The position numbers and the translations under genes were made by a program. Below, one piece after another: positions 30,938 through 40,767 of a stretch of 64,000 nucleotides of DNA. The notes below the pieces were generated by a model. That model was not told where the DNA came from and made no database searches. It worked only from the letters and a program-made list of their open reading frames with translations. The DNA lies in the NCBI GenBank assembly GCA_038882955.1, contig JAVZNC010000005.1, positions 32,001 to 96,000 of the forward strand. Reading direction: 5' to 3'. Positions within the stretch are counted from its first letter, which is position 1, and every line of letters begins with the position of its first letter. Source of the stretch: Candidatus Bathyarchaeia archaeon (GTDB lineage Archaea > Thermoproteota > Bathyarchaeia > Bathyarchaeales > Bathycorpusculaceae).

Positions 30938-31861
30938 CTAATGCAGTTCATTCTTAATTTCTTTTTCACAGAGTACATGCGCCCTTCTATAAATTTCGGT
31001 TGTGCAATCAGCGAAAGTCGGACCAACAGCTTCAACAGCAACTGAAGCCGCTGCGGAGCCCACGCACGCACACCATAATGCTTCTTTGCCTTTGACGTAT
31101 TCTGCGAGAAAAGCGCCTATGAAAACGTCTCCAGCGCCCGTTGGGTCAACAACCTTCGCTGCGTTGTATGCCGGAATGTTGTATTCTGCTCCTTCAACCG
31201 AGAGCAAGGCGCCCTTCATGCCCAAAGTGACTATGACTATTTCTACGCCAAAATCATGGACTGCTCTTACAGCTGCGTTAACATCGTTTAGGCTTGTTGC
31301 ATACATGATTTCTTCAGAAGAAGACTTGTATATGTTAACGTGTTCAAAAATTTGTTTGTTTGGCAAGTTGCGATAAGCCACATTTCCGTTTTCGTCGAAA
31401 GTTCGCAGAAAACCTTGAGGGTCTAAAGATAGGCAATCTGTATGCGCATGGAGTTTTTTCACAACTTCGTTTTCGATTTCATCTGCAATTGGCGCTATGT
31501 GTATTGCCTTTGCCCTCAAAGAGTTTGGTACATCGCCAACAGTTATTTGTGGGGCTTTATTTGCAAGGCGCAAACCCCTACTTGATAGGTCTTGGCTGTA
31601 ATTTAATTCGAAACGTGTTGTAAACGCGTCTTCAATTTTATACACGCCAGAAAGGTTTATGCCCTCTTGCCTAAGCCACCACATATAGGCTTCTGGAAAG
31701 TCGCCGCCAACCTTAGATATGACAGAAACGTTTGCGCCTAAACGTTGGGCTGAAAGCGCTACATAAGCCACTGAACCGCCCAAAATGATGTATGGCTTTT
31801 GATTTGATGGGAGAAGGATGGAGTCTATTGAGAATTGTCCGACTGCTGCTACATCAGCCAA
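30938..31861 (-). CDS. PfkB family carbohydrate/nucleoside kinase
   Basis: LGGS..Y, SKVGGDF, DPQG, VTLG.KG, DPTGAGDVF. Confidence 0.9.
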   Translation of the reverse strand: MADVAAVGQFSIDSILLPSNQKPYIILGGSVAYVALSAQRLGANVSVISKVGGDFPEAYMWWLRQEGINLSGVYKIEDAFTTRFELNYSQDLSSRGLRLANKAPQITVGDVPNSLRAKAIHIAPIADEIENEVVKKLHAHTDCLSLDPQGFLRTFDENGNVAYRNLPNKQIFEHVNIYKSSSEEIMYATSLNDVNAAVRAVHDFGVEIVIVTLGMKGALLSVEGAEYNIPAYNAAKVVDPTGAGDVFIGAFLAEYVKGKEALWCACVGSAAASVAVEAVGPTFADCTTEIYRRAHVLCEKEIKNELH

Positions 31862-31945
31862 CGTTGGTGAATTGCCTCCAAATAGGTTAGTATACAGACG
31901 AAACGAATATAACTTTAATTTGTAAACATGAACAAGACAGCCTAG

Positions 31946-32296
31946 CTAGATTTTTGATTGAAGTAAGAGAATTGCCTTTGCTAGATCGCCTCCACACTCT
32001 TCTAGGGCTTTTCTTGCTTCTTCAAGGCTTTTTCCAGTTTGGTCCGCCACAAGCCGTGCATCCTCGTCTGGAATCGCCAATTTACGCTCAAGAGCCTTTT
32101 CCGTTACTTTTCCGCCAGTTATTTGGAAAATTTTTTGTCCTTGCATGTCCAGTATGGCTACTTCTGGCTCTTGAATAGTTATTTCCTTAGCGCTTGTTTT
32201 GATTATTACTTGTTCAACGTCTGGTATTGCGTCCATGTTTAAGCCCATGCGCTGCATCATGCGCCTCGCTTCTCTGGGGCTTATACGTCTATGCAT
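31946..32296 (-). CDS. nac: Nascent polypeptide-associated complex protein
   Basis: PREARRMMQRMG, GQKIFQI.G, C-terminal UBA (D..LVA.QTG…GDLAKAI); true start ATG 32296. Confidence 0.93.
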   Translation of the reverse strand: MHRRISPREARRMMQRMGLNMDAIPDVEQVIIKTSAKEITIQEPEVAILDMQGQKIFQITGGKVTEKALERKLAIPDEDARLVADQTGKSLEEARKALEECGGDLAKAILLLQSKI

Positions 32297-32345
32297 AACC
32301 TTTCCCTTCCACCATACTTCACTATTTGATAGGCGCTTCAAATAC

Positions 32346-32816
32346 TTAACTTTCTTCCAAGCATCCACGCCTAACCTTAACGGCGACGCCGCACTTGAAG
32401 GCGCGCATCTCCGCGCCGGACAATACGGCTTTACCAACAGCCAAAACATTTCCACGCTCATCCAAAATAATAACCTCGTCCTTTGGGCGAATGGCATCAT
32501 CAGCCTTAACAACGTGCGCGGCGAAAACGTCTCCGCCATCAGCAATAAAACTTGAAACATCATCGCGAACAAAAACTAGGCATTTTGCTTGGCAAGCGCC
32601 TTCGATGATTCTTTTTGCGCCAGCAATGCTTAAGGAAAACAGTCCATCAGTTGGGCGCAGGGTTGCAAGCCTTTTGCCTCCTAAATAGACATAGCGGATT
32701 CTGCCAGTGCGCTTTGAATAAGCGACTTCCACGTTTTCTGGAAAAAGTTCTGCGCCTACGCCCTTTCCAAACTGGTAGTCTGCCACGCTTCTAATCCTTT
32801 TAAGGTCTTCTTTCAC
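32346..32816 (-). CDS. PUA-domain RNA-binding protein (archaeosine TGT C-terminal-like)
   Basis: ADYQFG, S..TGRIR, ATLRPTDG, VFA.HV, GVAVKVRRG. Confidence 0.88.
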   Translation of the reverse strand: MKEDLKRIRSVADYQFGKGVGAELFPENVEVAYSKRTGRIRYVYLGGKRLATLRPTDGLFSLSIAGAKRIIEGACQAKCLVFVRDDVSSFIADGGDVFAAHVVKADDAIRPKDEVIILDERGNVLAVGKAVLSGAEMRAFKCGVAVKVRRGCLEES

Positions 32817-32897
32817 GCTTTATGCACTCCAACCGCCTTTACAATTCGACAACTATAAACACTAGCAGTAAAATAAAAACAGTAGGTGCGTGAACAC

Positions 32898-33455
32898 GTG
32901 CGGTGCGAAGTCTGCGGACGCAAAATCCACGGAAAACCATACAACGTCATAATTGAAGGCGCAAAACTGACAGTGTGCAGCGAATGCTCAAAACATGGAA
33001 AGCTAATTTTGGAAGAAGAAAAGCCGAAGGCGCCCATGCAAAAGATAATGCCCACAACGCCTAAAACAGCCACAACATTAAAAATGCAACAGAAAAGACC
33101 GCAAGAGACAAAGTTAGCTTCATTCGAACTTATTGAAGATTTCAACGTGAAAATAAAGCAGGCAAGAGAAAAACTTGGATTGTCCCACAAGGATTTAGGC
33201 AAAAAATTGAACGAGAAAGTTTCTGTTTTAAGGAAAATCGAAACAGGCAAGATGACTCCAGACGACATTCTCGCAAAAAAGCTGGAGCATGAGTTGAAAA
33301 TTAAGCTGCTTGTTCCAGTTGCTGAAGAAACTGTTTCTCAAGCGAAAATTCCGAAACTGGAAAAGCGTGAACTAACATTGGGCGACATTATCCAACTTGG
33401 CAAAAAAGAGAAAGATGCGGAGAAGGGGGAAACTTCCGAACGAAAGCAATCATAG
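32898..33455 (+). CDS. mbf1: Archaeal multiprotein bridging factor aMBF1 (TIGR00270)
   Basis: N-terminal CEVCG…CSEC zinc ribbon; HTH AREKLGLS…IETGK..P; TLGD motif. Confidence 0.92.
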   Translation: MRCEVCGRKIHGKPYNVIIEGAKLTVCSECSKHGKLILEEEKPKAPMQKIMPTTPKTATTLKMQQKRPQETKLASFELIEDFNVKIKQAREKLGLSHKDLGKKLNEKVSVLRKIETGKMTPDDILAKKLEHELKIKLLVPVAEETVSQAKIPKLEKRELTLGDIIQLGKKEKDAEKGETSERKQS

Positions 33456-34702
33456 TTCAACGCAGACGCCCAAATGAACCGTCAAGTCTAGAAGAACTCA
33501 AAAGCCTAGCAGAATCAGCGGGATACACCGTAGTCGGAAAAATTGAGCAAATTAGGGAACCAGACTCGCGCTATCAAATAGGCGCTGGAAAAGTTAAGGA
33601 ACTCGCCGAACTCGTAAAGGAAACCGGCGCCCAAAAAATAATTTTTGACAACCAATTAAAGCCAGTGCAAGCATACAACATTGCAAAGGCAACGGGCGTC
33701 GAAGCCATAGACAGGTTTCAGCTAATCCTTGAAATTTTCACGAGAAGAGCCACAACAACAGAAGCGAAACTGCAGATTCAATTGGCAAAACTGCAATACG
33801 AACTTGCACATGCAAAAGAGAGAGTAAGACTTGCAAAGATGGGAGAGCAGCCTGGCTTTATGGGACTTGGAGCCTACGAAGTTGACGTTTACTATGAGGC
33901 TGTTAAGAGGCAAGTTCACGCCATAAGGCGGAAGCTCAAGAAAATCCGTGGGAAAAGGCAATTGCACCGCGAAAGAAGAGCGGAACTTGGTTTTTCATCA
34001 ATTTCTTTGGCTGGATACACAAACGCTGGAAAAAGCTCACTTTTTAACGCGCTAACAGAGGAGGATGTGCCAGTTGATACTGCACTGTTTACGACGCTGT
34101 CAACAACAACGCGGCTCGTGAAAATTGCTAGAAAAAAATTCTTGTTAACGGATACCGTTGGCTTCATAGACCGCTTGTCACTGACGCTTATAGAGGCTTT
34201 CCATTCAACACTTGAAGAAACCATTTACGCAGACTTAATACTGCTTGTCGTTGACGTAAGCGAGCCAGTAAGCATGGTTGAAAAGAAGCTTAACGTGTGC
34301 CTAGAAACAATAGAACGCATAGGAGCGTCGGGAATTCCGCTAATTACTGCTTTAAACAAAATAGACCTTCTGCAAGAGGAAGAAATTAACTTGAGGCTGG
34401 AGGCAATAAAGGATAAGGCGCCAAACCCTATACCAACATCTGCGCTGCGTGGAACAAACATTGAACTGCTAAAACAGGCGATTATTAAGCAAATGCAGAA
34501 CTACGTTAAAATGTCGTTCACAATACCATCAACAAACGAAACAATGCAGTTCATATCATGGCTTTTCCAAAGAGCAGACGTGCAACACATAGAATATAAT
34601 GGTGACTCAGCCCACATCATCTTAGAGGCAAACCCAAGCTTCGCGGAAAAAGTTAAAAATCAAGTGGAAAACTTTAATGGAAAAATCGAAAGAATCCGCT
34701 AG
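33440..34702 (+). CDS. hflX: Ribosome-associated GTPase HflX (start non-canonical or uncertain)
   Basis: LILEIF..RA.T.EAKLQ, GYTNAGKS, LFTTL, DTVGFI, NKID. The frame extends upstream of GTG 33665 with conserved N-terminal sequence (KAIIV…EELKSLAESAGY…IGAGKVKEL). Confidence 0.92.
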   Translation, partial: TKAIIVQRRRPNEPSSLEELKSLAESAGYTVVGKIEQIREPDSRYQIGAGKVKELAELVKETGAQKIIFDNQLKPVQAYNIAKATGVEAIDRFQLILEIFTRRATTTEAKLQIQLAKLQYELAHAKERVRLAKMGEQPGFMGLGAYEVDVYYEAVKRQVHAIRRKLKKIRGKRQLHRERRAELGFSSISLAGYTNAGKSSLFNALTEEDVPVDTALFTTLSTTTRLVKIARKKFLLTDTVGFIDRLSLTLIEAFHSTLEETIYADLILLVVDVSEPVSMVEKKLNVCLETIERIGASGIPLITALNKIDLLQEEEINLRLEAIKDKAPNPIPTSALRGTNIELLKQAIIKQMQNYVKMSFTIPSTNETMQFISWLFQRADVQHIEYNGDSAHIILEANPSFAEKVKNQVENFNGKIERIR

Positions 34703-34712
34703 TGAAGATGCA

Positions 34713-35294
34713 ATGCCAAAAGTTTTCGTTTTAAGATGGGGACACAGACCAAAAAGAGACGCAAGACTCACAACCCACGTGGCGCTCACAGCCCGAGCAC
34801 TAGGCGCAGATGGCTTCATACTATCAGACGTAGAAGACCAGAAAATCGCTGAAACAGTCAAAAAAGTTGTGGAAAACTGGGGTGGTCCATTCCATTTTGA
34901 AATGGGAACTCCGTGGCGAAAAGCCGTTGAAGAATGGAGGGCTAAAGGCGGAACAGTGGTGCACTTAACAGCCTACGGTGAAAACATCCAAACAGGTGAC
35001 GTGCTGCAAAGAATCAAAAACTCTGAAAAAGACATTCTGATAATCGTTGGAAGCCAAAAAGTTCCAGGCGAATTTTTCTCCAAAAAAGTTTCAGACTTCA
35101 ACGTCGCCATAGGTAATCAACCGCACTCCGAATGCGCCAGCCTAGCCATTTTCCTCGACAGATTATTTGAAGGAAAAACATTGACTAAAAGTTTTGAAAA
35201 CGCGAAGGTGCGAATAATCCCTCAAAAACGCGGGAAAAAAGTTTTGAGAGGCAACATAAAATCTGATTCCGATTCACAAAGAAATTTAAATTAA
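34713..35294 (+). CDS. trm56: tRNA (cytidine(56)-2'-O)-methyltransferase aTrm56
   Basis: LRWGHRPKRDARLTTHVALTARALGA, HLTAYG, GSQKVP, NQPHSE. Confidence 0.93.
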   Translation: MPKVFVLRWGHRPKRDARLTTHVALTARALGADGFILSDVEDQKIAETVKKVVENWGGPFHFEMGTPWRKAVEEWRAKGGTVVHLTAYGENIQTGDVLQRIKNSEKDILIIVGSQKVPGEFFSKKVSDFNVAIGNQPHSECASLAIFLDRLFEGKTLTKSFENAKVRIIPQKRGKKVLRGNIKSDSDSQRNLN

Positions 35295-35355
35295 AGCTTT
35301 ACAATATATATTATAAAAGAAGCATTTGTTCAACAATTAGGCAGAAGCGATTGTC

Positions 35356-35865
35356 ATGTCAGCAATAAACGAAGCCACACTAATAAAAGTTGCACAAGCG
35401 CTGGGCGAAGAGGAAGCCGTTAAACTAATCGAAATATTAAAGAATTCAGACGAAATAACGGACGACGAAATAGCCAACAAGACAGGAATAAGGCTAAACA
35501 CTGTGCGCAAAATACTCTACAAGCTTTATGACCATTCACTTGTAAGCCTAAGGAGAACACGCGACCCAAAAACCGGATGGTTCATATTCCACTGGAAACT
35601 CCAGCCAAACCAGCTTGAAGGCTTTATACTGAGCCAAAAACGTCGTGTGCTGGAAAAATTGAACATAAGGCTGGAGTACGAGAAGAATCATGACTTCTAC
35701 TATTGTTCAACAGTGGGATGCAGAAGAATACCGTTTGAAGAAGCTGTCGAGCTTGTTTTTCGCTGTCCAACATGTGGAAAACCGTTGATGTACTATGACA
35801 ACGATAAAATAGTTGACGCCTTAACGAGGAAAGTTGAGCAGTTAAGGAAGGAACTTGGTGAGTGA
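35356..35865 (+). CDS. tfe: Transcription factor E alpha
   Basis: TDDEIA…VRKILYKL, RD..TGW…W wHTH; C…FRCPTCG zinc ribbon. Confidence 0.93.
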   Translation: MSAINEATLIKVAQALGEEEAVKLIEILKNSDEITDDEIANKTGIRLNTVRKILYKLYDHSLVSLRRTRDPKTGWFIFHWKLQPNQLEGFILSQKRRVLEKLNIRLEYEKNHDFYYCSTVGCRRIPFEEAVELVFRCPTCGKPLMYYDNDKIVDALTRKVEQLRKELGE

Positions 35866-36397
35866 AAAACTCCCGTCAAGAGAAGAGGCAATACAACTTC
35901 TCATCCAAGCTGGATGCTCAAACAAAGTTATAAGACACTGCGAGGCAGTGGCTGAACTAGCCCTGGAAATCGCAAAAACATGCAGAGAAAAAGGGTTAAA
36001 CGTTGACCTTAATCTAGTGGAAATCGGCGCTTTACTTCATGATATTGGAAGAGCAAAAACCCACAGCGTCCACCACGCAGTAATAGGCGCAGAAATCGCA
36101 AAAGCGATGTCCCTTCCAGAACCAATAATAGCAATAATTAAGAGGCATGTGGGCGGTGGAATAACACCAAAAGAAGCGGAAAAACTCGGATGGCCAAAGG
36201 ACATTTATGTTCCAAAAACTCTGGAAGAAAAAATTGTTGCCTACAGCGACAAATTAATTGAGGGAGCCCAAAGGGTGCCAATAGAAAAAACCATAGAAAG
36301 TTTTTCGAAAAAATTGCCTAAAGCAGCTGTTATGCGTATACTAAAGTTGCATGAGGAAATGACGCGTTTAATAGGCGACTGCAAGTGCCCACAATAA
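35858..36397 (+). CDS. HD/HDIG domain protein (TIGR00295)
   Basis: HC.AV, LLHDIGR, RHVGGGI, P.TLEEKIVAYSD. Confidence 0.88.
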   Translation: MSEKLPSREEAIQLLIQAGCSNKVIRHCEAVAELALEIAKTCREKGLNVDLNLVEIGALLHDIGRAKTHSVHHAVIGAEIAKAMSLPEPIIAIIKRHVGGGITPKEAEKLGWPKDIYVPKTLEEKIVAYSDKLIEGAQRVPIEKTIESFSKKLPKAAVMRILKLHEEMTRLIGDCKCPQ

Positions 36398-37161
36398 CCC
36401 TAACCATAAAAACCTACAACAAAAGCCACCTCGAAGTTGTGGATGAATTCTTAAAACTAAAACTTAAGGGGTTAAATGTCAAAGTTCAAGTTTGTGGAAC
36501 ACGGAACAGCTGGGTTCAAGCATCAATTTCGGGCGAAGACGAAAACGTAGCCTTACGCTACATAAGCGAAGAAATAGGCGTATGCCCAAGCACCATCGAA
36601 GAAATCAGACGGTTTTCGACGCTAAAAGGATACATAGCAGCATTAAACAAAGACCAAATAGTAATTGACATAGGAGTTTTTTTCCCACAAAAAACGGAAG
36701 CCACATTAACGCTTCAGCATCTACAGGCGCAATTGACTGATGGAAGAAAACTGGCACTTGCGAAACTGGCTGAACTGTATGGTTTTTGTGAGAACCTCCC
36801 ATTAACAGTTAAAGCCCTAAACATAAAAGTGGAAGAGGGCATTGTAGAAACAATATTTTCGGAAAGGCAGCTCAAAATTTATAAAGATTGGCTGAAATCG
36901 CTTCTTGACAGGCTGATAGTTCTTGGGGCAACGCGCGAAGAAATAATGTCCAGTTTAAAGATTGCACGGTGCCTACGAGACACGGTTGATGTTGAATCCT
37001 TGGGGCTTTTTGAAAACGCCGTAGCATGTAAGCTTGGGACGGATGCTGCTGGGCTGATTCCAAAAATTGGCAGACAACTTAATGCTGCAATCACGGTTTT
37101 TAGTCCAAGGAAGATTTTGGAATTTTTTGGGGAAAATATGCTGCTGGAAAAATGGACATAA
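36385..37161 (+). CDS. DUF2110 family protein
   Basis: GEDE.VA, G..ENLP, DRLIV.G, LGLFE….CKLGTDA.GLIP.IG; typical tfe neighbourhood. Confidence 0.75.
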   Translation: MPTITLTIKTYNKSHLEVVDEFLKLKLKGLNVKVQVCGTRNSWVQASISGEDENVALRYISEEIGVCPSTIEEIRRFSTLKGYIAALNKDQIVIDIGVFFPQKTEATLTLQHLQAQLTDGRKLALAKLAELYGFCENLPLTVKALNIKVEEGIVETIFSERQLKIYKDWLKSLLDRLIVLGATREEIMSSLKIARCLRDTVDVESLGLFENAVACKLGTDAAGLIPKIGRQLNAAITVFSPRKILEFFGENMLLEKWT

Positions 37162-37167
37162 AGCAAT

Positions 37168-38010
37168 TTAACTTTGAAATCCCGTTAGCATTTCATGTAT
37201 GGCTTTTCCAATGATTTCGCCGTTGTAGCCGCCTTCCAAAACAAAGAACGTGGGCTTCATTAAACCTTTGATGAGTTTGCCGATTTCTCTGTAAGCCTTT
37301 TCAGTTAAGCCAAGCGATGCAAGGTCTCCAGCATAAGCGTCAAAACCAGCTGAAACCGCAACCACCTCAAACTTGTTCGCATCAACTTTCCGCATGGCTT
37401 TAGCCAACGTTTCCAAGTAAACCTTTTCTCCGCAATCAGCTTGCAAAGGAAAGTTTAGGCAGTTGCCCTCAGAAAAGCTTCCAGTGCCAGGATAATGGGG
37501 GTATCTGTGGAGAGAAATGTACATCACATTTTTGTCTCCTTGGAAGATTTCTTGTGTTCCGTTTCCATGATGCCCGTCAATATCCAAGATTAAAGCTGGC
37601 TTGTCTAAGTTCTTGACGGCTATGGCTATATTGTTTAGGTAGCAGAAACCCCGTGTATAGGCGCCTAATGCCCTTCCGCTTTTTCCAGCGTGATGCCCAG
37701 GCGGTCTCATAAGCGAAAATCCATTAACTTTTGCTGCTAATATTGCGCCGCCAGCCGCAAGTCTCGCGTACTCGTAAATGTTTTCGTAGGCTGGTGTGTC
37801 CGCATCCTCGATGAATCCTTTTTTCAAGTTCCAAACGTATTCTGCGTCATGAACTTTAAGGATTTCTTCTTCGGATGCTGGCTCGGGTTCTAGGAACGTG
37901 TAGCCTTTTGCTTTTAGAATTTCATAGGCTTTTCTAACTCTTTCTGGACTTTCGATATGCCAAGACCCGTAGCCGAGGCACTTTTCTGAAAAGATTATTT
38001 TTGTTTCCAT
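37168..38010 (-). CDS. Histone deacetylase/acetylpolyamine amidohydrolase family protein (short form)
   Basis: HIESPER, RPPGHH, GFC.LNN, DIDGHHGNGT, SAGFD, LEGGY. Confidence 0.9.
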   Translation of the reverse strand: METKIIFSEKCLGYGSWHIESPERVRKAYEILKAKGYTFLEPEPASEEEILKVHDAEYVWNLKKGFIEDADTPAYENIYEYARLAAGGAILAAKVNGFSLMRPPGHHAGKSGRALGAYTRGFCYLNNIAIAVKNLDKPALILDIDGHHGNGTQEIFQGDKNVMYISLHRYPHYPGTGSFSEGNCLNFPLQADCGEKVYLETLAKAMRKVDANKFEVVAVSAGFDAYAGDLASLGLTEKAYREIGKLIKGLMKPTFFVLEGGYNGEIIGKAIHEMLTGFQS

Positions 38011-38094
38011 TTAACCGCGCCTACGTTGTGGTGTGCTGTTGCAAATTAAAATATAACCTCAACCCTAAAAGGTTTAAGAAAAGCCCTATAGCAA

Positions 38095-40059
38095 ATGGAG
38101 AAAGCCTTGATGGTTTCGGAAAGCCCGTTTGCCGACTTCCGCGCGGAATGCAAGAAGCTTTTAGAAGAAGCCTTGAAGAAGCGTTTTCCAGAGGTTGAAA
38201 AGCCAGTTTTAACGTTGGAAAAGCCGCCGAACATAGAGTTTGGACAGTTAGCATCGTCGCTTTGTTTCGAGTTCGCCAAGAAAATCGGCGTAAAACCAGT
38301 TAAATTGGCTGAAAGTTTAATTGAGGCTATGGATAAGATGCAGTTTTCTCTTGTAGACAATGTTTCCCAAGCGGGCGGTGGCTACATAAACTTTCACGCG
38401 AATTTTGCAAAACTTTCAAGCTTAACCATCGAGTCGGCTATGCAACTTGACGCGGATTACGGTTTTGTTAAGGTTGAAAAGCCCTTAAAGATTATTGTTG
38501 AGCACACAAGCGTGAATCCTCTGCATCCAATACATATTGGGCAAGCCAGAAACCCCATGCTTGGCGACGCCGTTGCGCGAATGTTGAAGGTGAGGGGACA
38601 CACGGTTTTTCGCCATTACTACATTGACGATGTTGGAAGGCAAAGCGCCGTTATCGCCTATGGGTACAAAAAGCTGGGTAAGCCTAAACCAGAGGGAAAG
38701 CCAGACCATTTTATTGGAAAAATCTACACTATAACCAGCTGCATAATTGAAATAAACCGACTAAAAAGGGAGTTGGAGCGCGCAAAGGCTGTTTCTGCAG
38801 TGGACGAGATTGCGAGGATAAACAGGGAACTTGATGATTGGATGTCTGTGGCTGTGGAGCTTAAGGAAAAGTTTCCAGAACTGTTCGAAAAGCTTCTTGA
38901 CAAAATAGGCGGGGATGAAGACCCAGAAGGCGAAGTTGCGGCGATTAACCAAGCTTACGAAGCGGGGGAGGAATGGGCTAAACAGCTTGTAAGAGAAGTT
39001 AGCGAGCTGTGCCTTCAAGGTTTTAGGGAGACTTTGAGCCGCGCAGATGTTTCTTATGATTCTTGGGATTGGGAAAGCGACTTCGTCTGGAGCAACAGAG
39101 TTTCCGAAGTCCTACAGAGGTTGAAGGCAACACCATACGTTTACAGAATTGGCGCAGTCTTGGAGTTTGATGCCGAAAAGGTTGTCCAAGACCTCAATTT
39201 AAAAGGGAAACTTGGATTGAGGGAAGACTATGAAGTTCCGCCACTGACCCTTGTGCGCGCCGACGGAACAACATTGTACACAACAAGGGATATGGCATAC
39301 ACTTTGTGGAAGTTTGAGAAGGCTGAAAAATGCATTAATGTCATAGGTATGGAGCAAAGCCTAGCGCAACTACAGCTGAAAATCGCGCTTTACGCTTTGG
39401 GCTATGGCAAACAAGCAGACAACCTCGTGCACTTCGCTTACAACCTTGTCTCTCTTCCAGGGTATAGAATGGCAAGCCGCAGGGGACGCTACATAACATT
39501 TGACGAAGTTGTAGACGAGGCTGTTGAAAGAGCTTACAGCGAAGTTTCTAAGCGTTCTCCACAACTTTCTGAAGCGGAGAAAAGGGAAATCGCAAATTTT
39601 GTTGGCATAGGTGCTGTGCGTTATGCCTTGGCGAGCGTTGACCCCTCAAAGCCGGTGGTTTTCACGTGGGACAAGGTGCTGAACTTTGAGAGAAACAGCG
39701 CGCCTTATCTACAGTATACACATGCAAGGGCATGTAGCATATTGCGGAAAGCCGCCAAAAAACCAGAGGAGCCATCATACGATTTATTGAAGGAAAAGAT
39801 TGAGCGTGAAATAGTTTTGGATTTAGCAGTTTTTCCAGAAACTTTTATGGAAGCTGTAGAGCTTCTTAAGCCCAACATGATTGCGGATTTTGCGAATGCT
39901 TTGGCTGATAAGTTTAACACTTTTTACAATGCGCTGCCAGTGATAAAGGCTGAGCCTCAAGGGCTTAGCGATGCAAGGCTGGCGCTTGTTGACGCTGTTA
40001 GGATTGTGCTTAGAAACGCGCTTAACTTGATTGGTGTTGTTGCGCCAGAAAGAATGTAG
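38095..40059 (+). CDS. argS: Arginine--tRNA ligase
   Basis: EHTSVNP..P.HIGQARN (HIGH-like), RADGTTLY.TRD, MASRRG, PYLQYTHARA, C-terminal PERM. Confidence 0.96.
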   Translation: MEKALMVSESPFADFRAECKKLLEEALKKRFPEVEKPVLTLEKPPNIEFGQLASSLCFEFAKKIGVKPVKLAESLIEAMDKMQFSLVDNVSQAGGGYINFHANFAKLSSLTIESAMQLDADYGFVKVEKPLKIIVEHTSVNPLHPIHIGQARNPMLGDAVARMLKVRGHTVFRHYYIDDVGRQSAVIAYGYKKLGKPKPEGKPDHFIGKIYTITSCIIEINRLKRELERAKAVSAVDEIARINRELDDWMSVAVELKEKFPELFEKLLDKIGGDEDPEGEVAAINQAYEAGEEWAKQLVREVSELCLQGFRETLSRADVSYDSWDWESDFVWSNRVSEVLQRLKATPYVYRIGAVLEFDAEKVVQDLNLKGKLGLREDYEVPPLTLVRADGTTLYTTRDMAYTLWKFEKAEKCINVIGMEQSLAQLQLKIALYALGYGKQADNLVHFAYNLVSLPGYRMASRRGRYITFDEVVDEAVERAYSEVSKRSPQLSEAEKREIANFVGIGAVRYALASVDPSKPVVFTWDKVLNFERNSAPYLQYTHARACSILRKAAKKPEEPSYDLLKEKIEREIVLDLAVFPETFMEAVELLKPNMIADFANALADKFNTFYNALPVIKAEPQGLSDARLALVDAVRIVLRNALNLIGVVAPERM

Positions 40060-40077
40060 AAAGCGTATAGTCCATGC

Positions 40078-40752
40078 TTATTGTGGAGCGCCCTTAATTA
40101 TTGCAACGGCGGTGCTTGTTCCCAAGCGGTTGGCTCCAGCCTCAATCATGGCAACGGCATCAGCATAGGTTCTAATGCCACCAGCTGCCTTGACGCCCAT
40201 CTCTTTTCCAACAACCTGCCGCATCAATTTAACGTCTTCAATGGTTGCGCCTTTGCCAAACAAGCCCGTAGAAGTTTTCGCAAAATCAGCTCCAACTTCC
40301 TTCACAATTTTGCATGCGGCAATCTTCTCTTCGTTTGTCAAACTTGGCGTTTCAATAATAACCTTAACAATGACATCTTTTGCGACGCGTTTCACGTCCA
40401 CAACAGCCTTTATGTCTTGCTTGACAAGCTTGTAATCGCCAGATTTCAGCGCGCCAAGGTTTATCACCATGTCAAGTTCCTGTGCGCCATCCTCAACAGC
40501 CTTAATCGCCTCTAAAGCCTTTATTTCTGGCAGCGATGCGCCGAATGGGAAACCAACGGTTGAGCACACTTTCACATCGGTGCCTTCAAGGATTTTTGCG
40601 GCGAGCTTCACGTAGCACGGGTTTACAACCACGCATCTAAAGCCGTATTTAACAGAGTCTGCGCATAGTTGTTCAATTTCCTTTTTTGTGGCTGTAGCCT
40701 TGACATTCGTAGAATCAATAATTTTCGCTAATTTGCTTTTTGAAACTTGCAA
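40078..40752 (-). CDS. deoC: Deoxyribose-phosphate aldolase
   Basis: VGFPFG, ELDMVIN, KVIIET, KTSTG, VKAAGGIR, RLGTS. Confidence 0.95.
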   Translation of the reverse strand: MQVSKSKLAKIIDSTNVKATATKKEIEQLCADSVKYGFRCVVVNPCYVKLAAKILEGTDVKVCSTVGFPFGASLPEIKALEAIKAVEDGAQELDMVINLGALKSGDYKLVKQDIKAVVDVKRVAKDVIVKVIIETPSLTNEEKIAACKIVKEVGADFAKTSTGLFGKGATIEDVKLMRQVVGKEMGVKAAGGIRTYADAVAMIEAGANRLGTSTAVAIIKGAPQ

Positions 40753-40767
40753 CTATGTTCGCCTCGC

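Noticed and set aside
32297-32572. N-terminal extension of the NAC ORF
   Set aside because: Overlaps the PUA gene in another frame; NAC homology starts at ATG 32296.
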